Part shown: positions 40,201 through 50,708 of the stretch, one piece after another
Layout of the letters: the number at the start of each line of letters is the position of its first letter
Numbering within the stretch: the first letter of the stretch is position 1
Assembly (NCBI RefSeq): GCF_018977255.1
Contig: NW_024704743.1
Span: forward strand, 36,954,001-37,018,000
Origin: Callorhinchus milii
Taxonomy: Eukaryota
Direction of reading: 5' to 3'
DNA length: 64,000 nt
Made by a program: the position numbers and the translations under genes
The notes under the pieces: generated by a model
What the model saw: only the letters and a program-made list of their open reading frames with translations
What the model was told of the DNA's origin: nothing
Databases searched by the model: none

Positions 40201-43200
40201 TATCAAAAAATGCAAGGATTATTATTATTAAAATAGTTTCCATGGCAAAGAGTGGGGTTGACTGCCTTTTTTTTAAAAAAAAAAAAACTTTTTTTCCCCT
40301 CACCAAGAAACTGGCAACAAGTATAGTTCCAAGGTTGGTGATGGTCACCATCTCATGCCTCCCCCAGGGGCCCACCTTTCCTGCGTGATCCAAGTCAGTG
40401 ATTGTTTTTTGCTCCCTTTGAGCTGAGACATAATTGCCTAAATTTTGACCACTTTTTTCTCTGTTCCATAACATCTAGAGCCAATTATGCGAATTGAAAA
40501 ACGTGCGTCTAGAGATGGAGGAGTCGAAGAGGCACTGCCGGAGTTTGGAATTGCATCTAGAAAATGATCAGAAGGAAACACAAAAGAGGTACAGGAATTT
40601 GACTGTCACTCATTGTTACAGTTCCAATCTCCTTATTCACCATCCATTAGGCATAATTGTTGGATTGAAAGAAAAAGGATTTTAATGTTAATTTTTTAAA
40701 ATTAACATCAATTGTCTTTTCACTTCAAATCATTACAAAGATCCAATTCAAACCATGCTAGGGATCTGTTTTTATTTTATTTTTTACTCCTCATCTCTGA
40801 CCTTCCCTGGCTGGATCACCCCACCTTTGAGGCAGATCAATTTATTAGAATAGAATAGGTTGTCATTAGCATGGAAATGTTTACACTTCAACACTCAAAC
40901 CAGCGAAGCTCCCTTTGCTTCATCCCGTTGCATGGCAGCTTCATCCTGTTAGGCTCAGTAACTTCTTCAGTAATCGATTTGTTTTTTAAAAAAGGTTTAG
41001 ATGAGCAAAATTATTAAAGCTTATTTTCCCTCACTGAAAAGCAAATGGCCATCAATCTTGATGGTCCAAATCAATGAAGTGAATAACTCATTTTTATATT
41101 TTTAAAAAAATTAGTGGGTAAAAGATCCATTTGCTGCTGATCAGTGCCTATAACTAATCAGATTCATGGAGCACAACTCATTACACCGCACTTCATGAGA
41201 GCATAAATTTGGTTGCAATGTGGACCCATTCACTGAGCTAGAACGTAGACAGCTTTCCATGTGCTGGTTGGGCTTTTCACACAAAAATAGTCATCAAGCT
41301 ATTGCTAAGAAGGCAGGAAGTGACATTGGCGGGGACCTAATGATCCGGAAAGTCTCATTTCTCATACTAAACTGCTGAATTTGGTTGTCATTGCAAACAC
41401 GTCCTGCTTTTGTGCACACTCAGCAGTGATTTTGGTGATCAACAGGATCAGCAGAATGATCTTATGTGCAACAAAACCAGCTATCACATTTTGCTTTGTG
41501 GAATGGGATTTTGTAGATCCTAAATGCAGCATTAGGATGCAGCTGCTGTGTATATTTCAATGTTCAAAAGATTTGCAGAATTGTTGTTGACAAATACAAC
41601 AACAAGATTACATTTGTATAGCGCTTTCACGTCCCAAGGCGCTGGACAGTGTACAAATATTTCATATGTAGAGATAAGAGAATGGATTTCGGTTTAAGTT
41701 TGTTTGGGAATAACGATGCTTGAAAATTTAGTGTATTAATTAGATCTTAAGTAAGTGTCGTAAGATTAATTTGCATTGTTTAAATAGATTTTGATAAATT
41801 ATTTTAGAAATAAACCAAGAAGTTGTAGAAAATGCGTGCTTTATACTAGCCTATTTATTTTGAACTCATTCAAGTTGTATTGCATTTATTTAACATAAGC
41901 AATTCACTGAATTTATTTTGACTTTAAAGCAATGGATTAACTGTAGCAGAGCTGGAGAAGAGCATGATTAAGGCAGATCATAACTTGATGGAAGAATTAA
42001 AGACTCAGGTATTATTATGACTTTCTGACACACACTTATTTTCTTGACTATCTTTCCCATTTTTTTTCTTAAAGTGTTTCAGCTTTATAAAGCTCTGGAA
42101 CTCTATCCCCCAGTGCCTTCGCCGCTTCCTCCCTTTCCTCCTTCAAGGCCGGTCTCAAAACCTTTCTCTTTGACCGTGCCTTCAGCTCCCCTCTCGACTC
42201 TCTTCCCCCTCCTCGCTCCCTCCCTTCCCTCCCCTCACCCTGACCATTTCCCCCCTCCTCGCTACCTCCCTTCCCTCCCCTCACCCTGACCATTTCCCCC
42301 CTCCTCGCTCCCTCCCTTCCCTCCCCTCACCCTGACCATTTCCCCCCTGCTCGGGTCATGACCCAACTGTGCAGCGCCTTGGGACGTCCTCCTGACGTGA
42401 AAGGCACTTTATAAATGGAATCTTGTTGTTGTTGTTGTTTAAGTGCAAGGGTTTGAATTGGAGTCCTTTCAAATTGATCTGCACTGATTGAATTGATTTT
42501 TTTTGCAATTAAAACATTTCCATCTTAAAATGACTTTTTTACCTAGCAAAATAGTTATTTCATTGCGGTTGAAGGTACTATGTCTGAGCTTTACATGAGG
42601 CTGAGAAATTACACTTGCTGGCCATACGGAAGTGAGTTGTTTAACTTTAACAAAGAAACTAAACAGAACGAAGATAACCATCTTATTTCTCTGTTTCTAA
42701 TTGTTTTCATTTTTTTCTTGGTGCAAAGATCACTTCCAGCCCACTCTAACAGGAAGAAAGTCTCTCCATTAGCACTGAAGGCCTTGTGTGAATTTGGTTT
42801 TGTCAGTTTCCACGCAATTACTGGAAGATGTGAGCTTTGAGGACTTAATAGATTCAAGCCCTGTAGTTCAGATGAACACTCCAATGTAGTGTTGTCGGAG
42901 CCTTGCAAAGTCTTAGATGTTGTCCTTCTCATGAGTTGTTAAACTGACTTCTGACTTGTCTTGAATTGGGTATTCACCTCATGTTATACAGTCAATATAC
43001 ATTCAAAATATGTACAAAATATAGACAATTCACATTACAGTATATTCTGAAACATTTTGAGGCGTCTGGAAGACGTGATAAGACGCTATATCAAATGCAA
43101 GGATTATTATTTATTGGATTAAAGCTAGAATTTCACATAGTTTGCTAATGAGGAAAGCAGCACATTTCACATTGATGCAATAGTTCCAACAAAGCTGCAT

Positions 43201-46200
43201 TTCACTTAAATGGGTACATTTATCCAAAAATTTGAATGAAGAAAAAGAATTGTTTGTTGATTGACTGGGTGCCATTCATCAAACGATATTATTCCTGATG
43301 GCTTATTACAGTCGGTAACTGCTGCTAGTAATTTAGTGGTGTACGTGTTCACTTTGATGTATTTGGCAATAAAGATTGTTTTGTCAGCTACATTGACATG
43401 GCAGAGATTTTATTTCCCCCACCCATACCATATAATTTATTCTTCAGGTGTATATAGTCTGATCTTCTATTAAAGATGTGTGATAGCACAGTTTGTAAGC
43501 ATTTGGACTGTTGTGATTTTTTTTACTTTTCACTACACTACTGCTTTCATAGAATGGGAGGAGGGAAATTTCAAAGGACATTTTTTTTTTCTTCAACAAT
43601 TTTCAGTGAATGTTTCCGTTCATGGTGAGCTCCTCTGCTGAGATTTATATTTATAAACTGATTAAAAACAGGATTGTACTAACTTCACTTCAAATTTTGT
43701 AAATTGCAAATTCTTAACCAGTTAATTCTTAGGTGTATGAATGATAAGAATTTTCATTTCATGGTGCCTATAAAGTCAGTCTCAAAGCACTTTGCAATTA
43801 CTGTAATGTGTAGTAACCTTTAGAAGACTAGAAAAAAACTTATTTTCACACTAATTTTCATGTAGTAACAATTGTGGTCATTTTCATTCTATAATTTACA
43901 GGAAACCTTAATGGAAAAAATGTTCATCATGGAAGCAGAGTAAGTGCATTTTTATGAATTTTTAAAAATAAAACTACTACGTAGCAGAGTGGGTCTAAAG
44001 AGAGAGCCTTTATGTATAATTACGTATAAGCTCCAGCACTAAAAACATGCCATTCAGCTCAACCTGTCGTGCCAGTCTTTATGCTCCATGTGAGCTCTCA
44101 ATACCCCACTTTTCTCCCTTGTCTGCATCAGATACCCTCTTAGACACGTTCTGCTTCAGTCTGGCAGTGAATTTCATATTCTCACCACCATCTTAAAAAC
44201 TCCCAAAATGCTTTTAAATTTGTTAATATCTATCTTATATTTATACCCTCTTGTTATGGACTCTCCAACAAATGGAAATAGTCTATATATGTTTGTCTTA
44301 TTGAAACCCCTCTCAATCACCTCATCTTGATGGAAAATAGCTATAACCAGTCTTTCACACTCCTCACTCATGTTCAAATCCCTTCACTCCGTGGGACTTC
44401 CATACGTCTCCGACCTCCTCACTCCCCAATCCACCACCTGCCGCCTCCGTTCGACTGACACTGGCCTCCTGCTTGTCCCTTGCACCCTCCGCTCCACCAC
44501 TGGAGGTCGCGCTTTCGACCACTATGCCTTGAAACTTTGGAACGCTCCCTCAATCCCTCCGCCTTATCCCCTCACTCCCCTTTTTCAAGTCCCACCATAA
44601 AATCTTTTTGACCTTGTTTCAACTGGGGTCACCCCCTGCCCTGGCTCAGAGTCGGGCTCTACCATTGTTAAGCATTCTGAGACGATGTGCTGCGTGGAGA
44701 GCACTATATAAATGCAAATTGTTGTTCAATCCCTGATAATTTTCTCTCAATCCCAGTCCCATCTTCGTGAAGCTTCACACTCCATTGTCGCAATACAATA
44801 GCATTTACATTTATATAGCACCTTTTACATTGGGAGAACGTCTCAGAGAGCTTGACAATGGTGCATGGCCACTCTTGTAGGATGGTGACCAGAATAGTAT
44901 CCGGTACTCCAAATGTGTTTCAGCCAAAGGTTTATATAGATTTAACAGTACATCCTTGTTTTTGTATTCTATCCCCCTGGACATAAAGCCCAAGATTTTT
45001 ATTTGCATTTATTATGGCCTTATCCACCTTGTGTTGTGGTTTTTAGAGACTTAATATGAATCCCCAGATAATAATAATGAATCCGCAGATCTCTGCTTCT
45101 CTTCCCCTCTTAGATTCTTATACCATGTAAGGTATAAACGTTATTTCTCCTACCGAATTAAATCACATTCCTCTCTTTGGAACTTCATCTGCACCTATCA
45201 ACCCATTCTAGCAGCCTGTTTGTCTTCCTGTAATCCTCTTCATTATTTCACTGATATTCTGTCTGACTGCCTGTCAGACATCAACTCCAGGGTAAACTTC
45301 TTTGAAGTGCTTTGAGAACGCCTCAAAGATGTGATAAAGTACTATATCAAATGCAAGGATTATATTATAAACTTAAATTTTTTGCAACTTAACATGGACA
45401 AAGACTGAAGCCAGCCTCCCAGAAGTGTTTCCTCACTTCTGGCTCTGACCTTCTCAGCCTCCTTGGCTCCTCTCAAACTCATTGAAGCAGTGTGCAACCT
45501 TGTCATTTGGTTGTCTCTAACTTTCCTTCCCTACTTGCTTACGGTCCATGACCAAAACAAATCTTTGTCACATTGTTTCCCCACCCCCCCGTGCCACCAA
45601 AATCTCATTCACACTTTCGCCTCTCGACTCCCATGCTCCTCGATGGTCTCCCTAGTTTGAGCAATGACAAGCTCTTACAGATGCAAAGCCCAGGGCACCT
45701 GCATCCTCACCTATACCAAACTCTACATGACCATCACCCCAGTCCTCAAGAAACCTCCACTGTCTTCCTTTCACCCAAAGAATAAGCTTCAAGTTTCTCA
45801 CTCTCGCCTTTAGCATCTCTTTGCATCCTAGCACTTCCCTGTCTCTCTGATCTTCTCCTACCCCACTCTTCTCCGAGCCAGCATTGGTGGCTGAACCTTC
45901 AGCAACTAGGCCCCTAACCTCTGTATTCTCTCTTTTGCCCACAAAATAGTCAATCCACATTACAGTATTTACTGTGAAGCTCTTTGAAACGTCTCAATGA
46001 CATGATAAGGCACTATATCAAATGCAAGGATTATTATCTCGCCCCTTTTTATCTGTATGTCCTTAAATGCCACTTAAATATACAGTCAATTCACTTTACA
46101 GTCAATTCACTTTACAGTCTTCTGTGAAGCGCTTTGAGACGTTGAGAAGACATGAAAAGCGCTATATCAAATGCAAGGATTATTATTATTAAAGACCTAC

Positions 46201-49200
46201 TTCAACTAATCACTGCACCAATCCTGACTCTGAAGAGCTCAGACTTTATCCCATGTGAAGGTCACTACATAAATGCAAGTTTCTGTTGCCGAGATTGTTT
46301 TCCAAAACTCTTAACAGTATTATTGAGCTGTCAAAATAAGCATGGGAAAGGTTTTAATGTTTTAAAAATTAAAATAGTACAAAATGATAGGACTCCAAAA
46401 TAATGTATAGATACAAGGAAGACTGATTAGCAACATGTTTTGTACACTGTATAGTCTTGTTTGTAAAAATAATTTTAGCATTATTAAATCTTGTCTGCCG
46501 AACTGTATGGAGGTCGCCAGATATGCCTTCTTGACTGTCCAGCGCTTTGGAGATGTCCTCCCCACGTGAAAGGTGCTATCCAAATGTAAATTGCTGCTGT
46601 TGTTGTACACAAGTATTTGGTTTACAGATTGAAAGAGACCAGAGCGACATTGGAGGCTGAAAAGTATACCAAGAAAGAGCTTGCAGAGAAATTAGAACGC
46701 GCCAGGAATTTAGAAGCAAAAGCTTTTGAAGAAAAAGAAGCATGTCGATCAAAGTTAGAATCTGCATCTGAAGAGAAAGAGAGACTTACTGGGGTAATTT
46801 ATGAATTATTTTCTTGGGTTGAGACAGACTAACTTCTTGAGTACAGGGGGAGGAAAGGCCAATGTACAAGTAATTTTTGAATTAGGTGTAGCAGTTTATT
46901 ATTTTGAAATGTCTCAAAGTGATTCACGCAATGAGTTGATTTGGTATTTACTAACTATATTGTAGGCAAACAAAAGGTGCATGTCAACTTTTTTTAAAAA
47001 GATATGCTCATCGTGTATCTTAGAATTGGAACAAAGGACCATAACTTTCAAATTCGATTTAAGAGTGAAAGGGGAGCCAGAGGGGAAGAAAAAAAAGGGT
47101 TGTGAGAATATAGAATGAATTGTTTTTGAAGATGATGGATAATTGAGCCCATTTGAGGTATTCAAGAGAGCCTGGGAAGTCATGATATGGAAAAAAGGCA
47201 GACAAATGGAATTAGTTGCCAAAGACTTAATGGCTCAATAAAGTGAAAGGGCAGCTCTTGTTCATATGTTGTAGATCTGAGTAAGTTTTTGCTGCTTGGC
47301 ATATTAAGTCATGGATATGATTGCTCCCAGCTTTTAACGATACTTAATCTCAAAATTCCCCCATAATTCAACCCATAAGACCTATTTTTTATGGAAACTT
47401 GGAATATTGTACTTTACATTTTTGGAAGATGGTCAATTGATTCCAAAAGTGGTGGCACATCTTTAGTCAGCTTAAATGTGGTCCTTATGGCTCATGCTGT
47501 AAAATAAAGGATGCCATAAAAAACGTGTTAATGTCTTTGGGGAAGGGGAACTCTGAAGGGCTTGGCTAACCTATTTTACGGTAAGTTCTGTTATTTTAAA
47601 ACCTGGAGCTTGGAGAATTTCTATTTCCAATGTATAATGAGGCTATTCTGTTTTTGCAATAAACTGCCTTTGAAAAATGTAACACTTTACAGAAACTTTT
47701 TTTAAAAAATAGCTTACTAGCAAAATAAGTCAGAAATGCTTTATACTGGCACGTTGTGCTCTATGGGAATATATCCATAAATTTCCAGATTGTCTAAAAT
47801 ATTTTGGAAAGTTGGTTGAAGCGAAGATGCTGGAATTATTTTTAAATGGGAGGAAAATATGGTGTTTTTTCTGGAAGGATGAGATAAAAGAGATTTCATC
47901 ATTCAGATCGCTGTGGTTTTATGTGAAGCAGCTGTAAAACATTCCGAAAAGGGTGTGTACTGGAGTGTAAGGCTAGAGTGGATAGTATAAGATGGAGTGA
48001 GCAAGGTTGCTAGCAAGAACCAAACAAGATGATTTCAGTCTTGCTTCATTGCAGAACGTTGTGGTTCAACCAGGACTTTTTAGACAGACTTCTGACAAGT
48101 CAGAACAGTCTTGGAATCGAGAGTAGAGGTGAAGCGGTAGAGGTAAATGATAAAGATGGATATTGTCAATATACATATTGAAGCTGACCTCATGCAGCCA
48201 GCACAGAGATTTTCAATCGATTATTCTAGGCTGTGTTTTAATCTCAGGAATATAAATGATGTAATGCAAGGGGCAGAGTTAATTGTTCAATCACAAGAAG
48301 GGAAGTATATAGAGTGAGTTACAAATTACAAGAGTTTTTCTTGGAGAGGGGGATTTATTCAGAAGAGGACTGAGTGTGCCATTTGGCCCATTGAGTCTAA
48401 GTATTTGATTTGTTTACAATGTAGGAGATCGAAGCTATTAGGAAACAAGTGAGTTCCCTCACTGAGGAGAATGGAAAACTGTTAGGACATCAGAACATAC
48501 AACAGAAGATTCAATACTTGGTCAAAGTTAAGAAAGAAAACTCCCGGCTTATAGAGGTACAGTATTGTCCAAAATTATGTTTCAAAAACCTTCTCAAGAA
48601 TATTTTGAGACTTCTTGTTTCTAACTTCTCGCAGGTTCAATTCCCAGGAAAAAAAACTTCCTGTTATATGAGGTGATGTGATAAACAATCTAAAAGCAAG
48701 ATTAATGATAAACTTTTCAATTATGATTTTTAAAAAACAATTTGATAGTATTTTAAATGGAAGAGCAGAGCGAAAAGTGTACACTAAGTTCAGCCCTCCT
48801 CGCTATTTTCTGACTTGTATTTTCTCAGGTACACGCAAGAGTATAATATCATGTCAATCTGGAACTTAGTTCTATGGGGTTGGGGGGTGGGGGAGAGATG
48901 ATGGTGCAAACCAATATCCACCTTTCCAGATGTCATATTGTTTTTTTCACTACACTGCACAAATTGGAACTTGTATAATTGGATTTGAGCAAAGCCACCA
49001 AAGGATCGCAGGTTGAATTCTCAGGGTTTGCTACATTGTCTGATCTCAATTGGAACAAATTTCAGTACATGGCTTGATGGACTAAATTACTATTTTGTCT
49101 CAAGTGTTTTATTAATTGACTATTTTTGTTTTTAGGAAGTGGAAATATTGAAATTGAAACTGAAAGAGCTCTCAAAGAAACCTGACCTCAATAAGTCTAC

Positions 49201-49255
49201 TGTGCTTGATACGTCTGCCAGCATATTCAGGGAACATGATGAAAATGTCTTTTAA
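4232..49255 (+). CDS. KIF15: Kinesin-like protein KIF15 (kinesin-12), spliced CDS of 34 exons in the window; 5' end missing; apparent frameshift in exon 14
   Basis: GT-AG exons translate colinearly with vertebrate KIF15 as I recall it: [11 protein letters not shown]-loop GQTGSGKT, switch I NRESSRSH, switch [11 protein letters not shown], long coiled coil, C-terminal [21 protein letters not shown] zipper. The exons sum to 4231 nt (about 1410 codons once one base is restored in exon 14). All other junction phases are compatible. Confidence 0.97.
4692..4878 (+). CDS. KIF15: KIF15 exon 3
   Basis: [15 protein letters not shown]...[22 protein letters not shown] ends. Confidence 0.95.
5715..6060 (-). 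mobile_element. Decayed CR1 LINE 3' fragment
   Basis: [22 protein letters not shown] motif and a ctatga-type tail. Confidence 0.7.
6239..6315 (+). CDS. KIF15: KIF15 exon 4
   Basis: [25 protein letters not shown](Y), AG/GT ends. Confidence 0.95.
6930..7340 (-). mobile_element. Decayed L2 LINE fragment
   Basis: [16 protein letters not shown] / [13 protein letters not shown] motifs. Confidence 0.8.
7597..7634 (+). CDS. KIF15: KIF15 exon 5 (P-loop)
   Basis: [12 protein letters not shown], cccag|...|gtgagt. Confidence 0.95.
8210..8625 (+). mobile_element. L2 LINE 3' fragment
   Basis: [27 protein letters not shown] and L2 tail. Confidence 0.85.
8784..8884 (+). CDS. KIF15: KIF15 exon 6
   Basis: [33 protein letters not shown]. 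Confidence 0.95.
8987..9166 (+). CDS. KIF15: KIF15 exon 7
   Basis: [26 protein letters not shown]...TSAAEAYQ. Confidence 0.95.
9720..9929 (+). CDS. KIF15: KIF15 exon 8 (switch I/II)
   Basis: [27 protein letters not shown]...[15 protein letters not shown]. Confidence 0.97.
10327..10452 (+). CDS. KIF15: KIF15 exon 9
   Basis: [19 protein letters not shown]...[14 protein letters not shown]. Confidence 0.95.
10546..10892 (+). mobile_element. Older tRNA-derived SINE subfamily; tail split by an L2 insertion (resumes about 12770-12809)
   Basis: Head gtggagtcttgtagcttagtggttag; the tail continues as gataaggtgctatatcaaatgcaagg after the L2. Confidence 0.8.
10893..12768 (-). mobile_element. 5'-truncated L2 LINE with frameshifted reverse transcriptase
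   Basis: ORFs 11903-12526 and 10957-12153: [62 protein letters not shown]-type tail; no endonuclease seen. Confidence 0.95.
13098..13220 (+). CDS. KIF15: KIF15 exon 10
   Basis: [41 protein letters not shown]. Confidence 0.95.
14589..14910 (-). mobile_element. Young L2 3' end with internal 46-bp tandem unit (2 copies)
   Basis: Near-identical inverted partner at 42091-42439; (TTG)n tail. Confidence 0.85.
15731..15854 (+). CDS. KIF15: KIF15 exon 11
   Basis: [27 protein letters not shown] (neck coil). Confidence 0.93.
16660..16739 (+). CDS. KIF15: KIF15 exon 12 (alternative in-frame start possible at 16606)
   Basis: [26 protein letters not shown]; the donor is clear, the acceptor is ambiguous. 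Confidence 0.85.
17491..17851 (-). mobile_element. Older tRNA-derived SINE subfamily
   Basis: Same architecture as the 10546 copy, diverged. Confidence 0.8.
18454..18663 (+). CDS. KIF15: KIF15 exon 13
   Basis: [31 protein letters not shown]...EEIQTLKEQ. Confidence 0.95.
19283..19609 (-). mobile_element. Young tRNA-derived SINE, full length
   Basis: Near-identical to 95-420. Confidence 0.9.
20224..20400 (+). CDS. KIF15: KIF15 exon 14 (apparent 1-bp deletion near 20350)
   Basis: [33 protein letters not shown]..., then [13 protein letters not shown] in a shifted frame. Confidence 0.9.
20515..20910 (-). mobile_element. Deu-domain SINE (SacSINE1/AmnSINE-like), decayed
   Basis: tggagtgtcagc...ttgaacccacaacc..tgactcag motif typical of DeuSINEs. 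Confidence 0.65.
21019..21160 (+). CDS. KIF15: KIF15 exon 15
   Basis: PALHLTP...[29 protein letters not shown]. Confidence 0.9.
21175..21560 (-). mobile_element. Deu-domain SINE, decayed
   Basis: cagtgcagcac...tggagtgtcagcctagactatg motif. Confidence 0.65.
21663..21804 (+). CDS. KIF15: KIF15 exon 16
   Basis: KKQMEFESE...[28 protein letters not shown]. Confidence 0.95.
22920..24027 (+). mobile_element. 5'-truncated CR1 LINE (RT remnant plus 3' end)
   Basis: [58 protein letters not shown]; tail aatggcctcct...ttctatgattgtatga. Confidence 0.93.
24099..24296 (+). CDS. KIF15: KIF15 exon 17
   Basis: [15 protein letters not shown]...[17 protein letters not shown]. Confidence 0.93.
24683..24790 (+). 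CDS. KIF15: KIF15 exon 18
   Basis: [36 protein letters not shown]. Confidence 0.95.
25058..25163 (+). CDS. KIF15: KIF15 exon 19
   Basis: [35 protein letters not shown]. Confidence 0.92.
25268..25700 (-). mobile_element. L2 LINE 3' fragment
   Basis: [23 protein letters not shown] and tail. Confidence 0.85.
25745..26336 (+). mobile_element. L2 LINE 3' fragment
   Basis: [17 protein letters not shown]...LARLHWLP and TTG tail. Confidence 0.88.
26670..27090 (-). mobile_element. Unclassified A-tailed repeat, interrupted by a short L2 tail (about 26750-26870)
   Basis: Matches 59430-59735 directly and 1900-2250 inverted. Confidence 0.6.
27694..27859 (+). CDS. KIF15: KIF15 exon 20
   Basis: [19 protein letters not shown]...VHLQLDNI. 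Confidence 0.95.
28801..30165 (-). mobile_element. L2 LINE nested in the Penelope element
   Basis: [26 protein letters not shown] motifs; TTG tail at 28802. Confidence 0.92.
30347..30651 (-). mobile_element. tRNA-derived SINE nested in the Penelope element, 7-bp target-site duplication
   Basis: ATCTTAT at 30340-30346 and 30652-30658. Confidence 0.9.
31250..31409 (+). CDS. KIF15: KIF15 exon 21
   Basis: [26 protein letters not shown]...LRTEMS. Confidence 0.92.
32716..32801 (+). CDS. KIF15: KIF15 exon 22
   Basis: [28 protein letters not shown]. Confidence 0.92.
33022..33100 (+). CDS. KIF15: KIF15 exon 23
   Basis: [26 protein letters not shown]. Confidence 0.9.
33303..33612 (-). mobile_element. 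Older tRNA-derived SINE, partial
   Basis: Body matches the 17491 copy. Confidence 0.7.
33705..33791 (+). CDS. KIF15: KIF15 exon 24
   Basis: [29 protein letters not shown]. Confidence 0.9.
34747..34851 (+). CDS. KIF15: KIF15 exon 25
   Basis: [35 protein letters not shown]. Confidence 0.92.
35442..35564 (+). CDS. KIF15: KIF15 exon 26
   Basis: [13 protein letters not shown]...[19 protein letters not shown]. Confidence 0.9.
36672..36818 (+). CDS. KIF15: KIF15 exon 27
   Basis: [25 protein letters not shown]...RELQTQ. Confidence 0.92.
37140..37430 (-). mobile_element. CR1-type 3' end
   Basis: tacagcacagaaacaggc...tttatgctccacatgagcctcctc; similar copy at 39645-39870. Confidence 0.7.
37532..37636 (+). 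CDS. KIF15: KIF15 exon 28
   Basis: [35 protein letters not shown]. Confidence 0.88.
38695..38856 (+). CDS. KIF15: KIF15 exon 29
   Basis: [22 protein letters not shown]...[10 protein letters not shown]. Confidence 0.92.
39035..39571 (-). mobile_element. Two adjacent SINEs (young 5'-truncated copy 39035-39301; older subfamily 39302-39571)
   Basis: Direct similarity to other copies in the window. Confidence 0.85.
39645..39870 (-). mobile_element. CR1-type 3' end
   Basis: Similar to 37140-37430. Confidence 0.7.
39913..40230 (+). mobile_element. Young tRNA-derived SINE, full length
   Basis: Head to (TTA)n tail. Confidence 0.9.
40479..40588 (+). CDS. KIF15: KIF15 exon 30
   Basis: [36 protein letters not shown]. 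Confidence 0.9.
41930..42008 (+). CDS. KIF15: KIF15 exon 31
   Basis: [26 protein letters not shown]; phases fit both neighbours, homology weak. Confidence 0.75.
42091..42439 (+). mobile_element. Young L2 3' end with internal 46-bp tandem unit (3 copies)
   Basis: Inverted near-identical partner of 14589-14910. Confidence 0.85.
43902..43939 (+). CDS. KIF15: KIF15 exon 32
   Basis: [12 protein letters not shown]; tttacag|...|gtaagt; supplies the phase 0 to 2 link required by exon 33. Confidence 0.75.
44030..45240 (-). mobile_element. Decayed CR1 interrupted by a + strand L2 3' fragment (about 44365-44725)
   Basis: [21 protein letters not shown] (CR1); [18 protein letters not shown] (L2). Confidence 0.7.
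46628..46793 (+). CDS. KIF15: KIF15 exon 33
   Basis: LKETRATLE...[23 protein letters not shown]. Confidence 0.92.
48425..48556 (+). CDS. KIF15: KIF15 exon 34 (C-terminal basic leucine zipper)
   Basis: [44 protein letters not shown]. Confidence 0.96.
49136..49255 (+). CDS. KIF15: KIF15 exon 35 (terminal, TAA stop)
   Basis: [39 protein letters not shown]. Confidence 0.88.
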   Translation, partial: EVEILKLKLKELSKKPDLNKSTVLDTSASIFREHDENVF

Positions 49256-49539
49256 TACATTGTAGATTTTTTTTAATGTGTAGATATCTGTTTTGTGTTT
49301 TTCACCATATATGTCTAAACTCATTTTCTAATCTGTTTAGGTCAATAACTATAATCGGATTTGAAGCCTTGTGTTCTTGAGGAAAATCTAATCATGTTGA
49401 AATTGATTAAATAACAGCCAGCGTTTAATTGCAATTTTCACTTATTTGTGCATTTTTTTAAAAAAGCAATCAAAGGCAAAATATCTGACCTTTAACTTGT
49501 TGCATGTAATTAAATCCCAAATAGTCATTAAAAGATTAA

Positions 49540-49969
49540 AATAAAGATTTGAAAAATTAATTTTATGAGCCTCTCCTAAATATTTAGTCACCAAACGCTT
49601 CCCCTAGAGGGACGAGGAAAATTGGGGAGAGTGATTTAATGTCATAGTTTTGTCTTGTCCATTACATGTAGAAATTAAAAGGCAGCTCTGAACCTGTAGT
49701 GTTTGTACTCAACAACCTGTAAATGAGCCTTTTCATATCTTGTCCTCTTCTTGTTGGTGTATGATTTTGACCAAAAAAAATCTAGTTGTATACAAGTTGA
49801 ATCTATTATCTTTTTTAATAAAATTTTTATTGTTCAACATTCTTCGATTCTGTTTTTCAACTATCTTAATTGGCTAAATTGAATTGGAGAAATTGAATAA
49901 TCAAAGGAATCGATAAATTGCATTTATTAATTGAAATGCATGCATTTGAAAACCATTTACCTTAATAAA
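49540..49969 (+). terminator. Candidate KIF15 polyadenylation signals
   Basis: AATAAA at 49540, 49817 and 49964 in the AT-rich 3' region; 49817 is followed by a T-rich tract. Confidence 0.5.
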
Positions 49970-50464
49970 TTGTTTTTAATTGAATGTATTTCATTCCAGG
50001 GCTCAACCAAAAATAATTTTCCAACTTCACAGCTAACAATTATTTCAACTGCTGGTCAGAAAAGGTTGCAGTTCCTCCCTGCAAGAAAGAACAGCTAGCA
50101 ATAATCATTGCAGCACGCAAGAAGATTGGTTCTGAATGAACAACCCACAAAATACAGTCACAACACATTACAGTATATCCTGTGAAGTGCCTTGAGATGC
50201 CTCGACGACATGATGATGTGCTATATCAAATACAATGATCATTTTTATTCGGCCCCACTTCCTGTTAGAGATGTGAAAGTTGCAGTTAATTTTACAGACA
50301 ATTCAAAAATTGAGGGAGAAAAAAGGAAGCTGGTGTGCAGATTATTGATGGTCAAAATAAACGTTCATGAAGTCTGGATAATCAAAATCCTGTGAAGTGC
50401 TTTAAGACATCTCGACGATGCAATAAGGTGCTTAAACAAATACTTGTGTTTTTCTGAGTTACTG

Positions 50465-50708
50465 TTTATTATTTTCTGTTGCTGTTGTGTTCGTGTTGGA
50501 GTTTGTCATGGTGTTGGTTATTGGTGTGTTTGCTGTTGTGTTGGTGTTGTGATGTTTGTTGGTAGTGTTTGGTGGTTATTGTGATGGTGTATTCGTTTTG
50601 ATGCTTAGTGTTATGTTTGTTGTGGTGTTTGTTATGGTTATTGTGATGGTGGTATGTTTGTTGTGATGGCTATTGTTGTGGTGGTGTTGTGATGTTTGTT
50701 CGTAGTGT
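50465..50708. repeat. TG/TGT-rich low-complexity repeat
   Basis: Degenerate tgttgtgatg/ggtgtt units. Confidence 0.75.
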
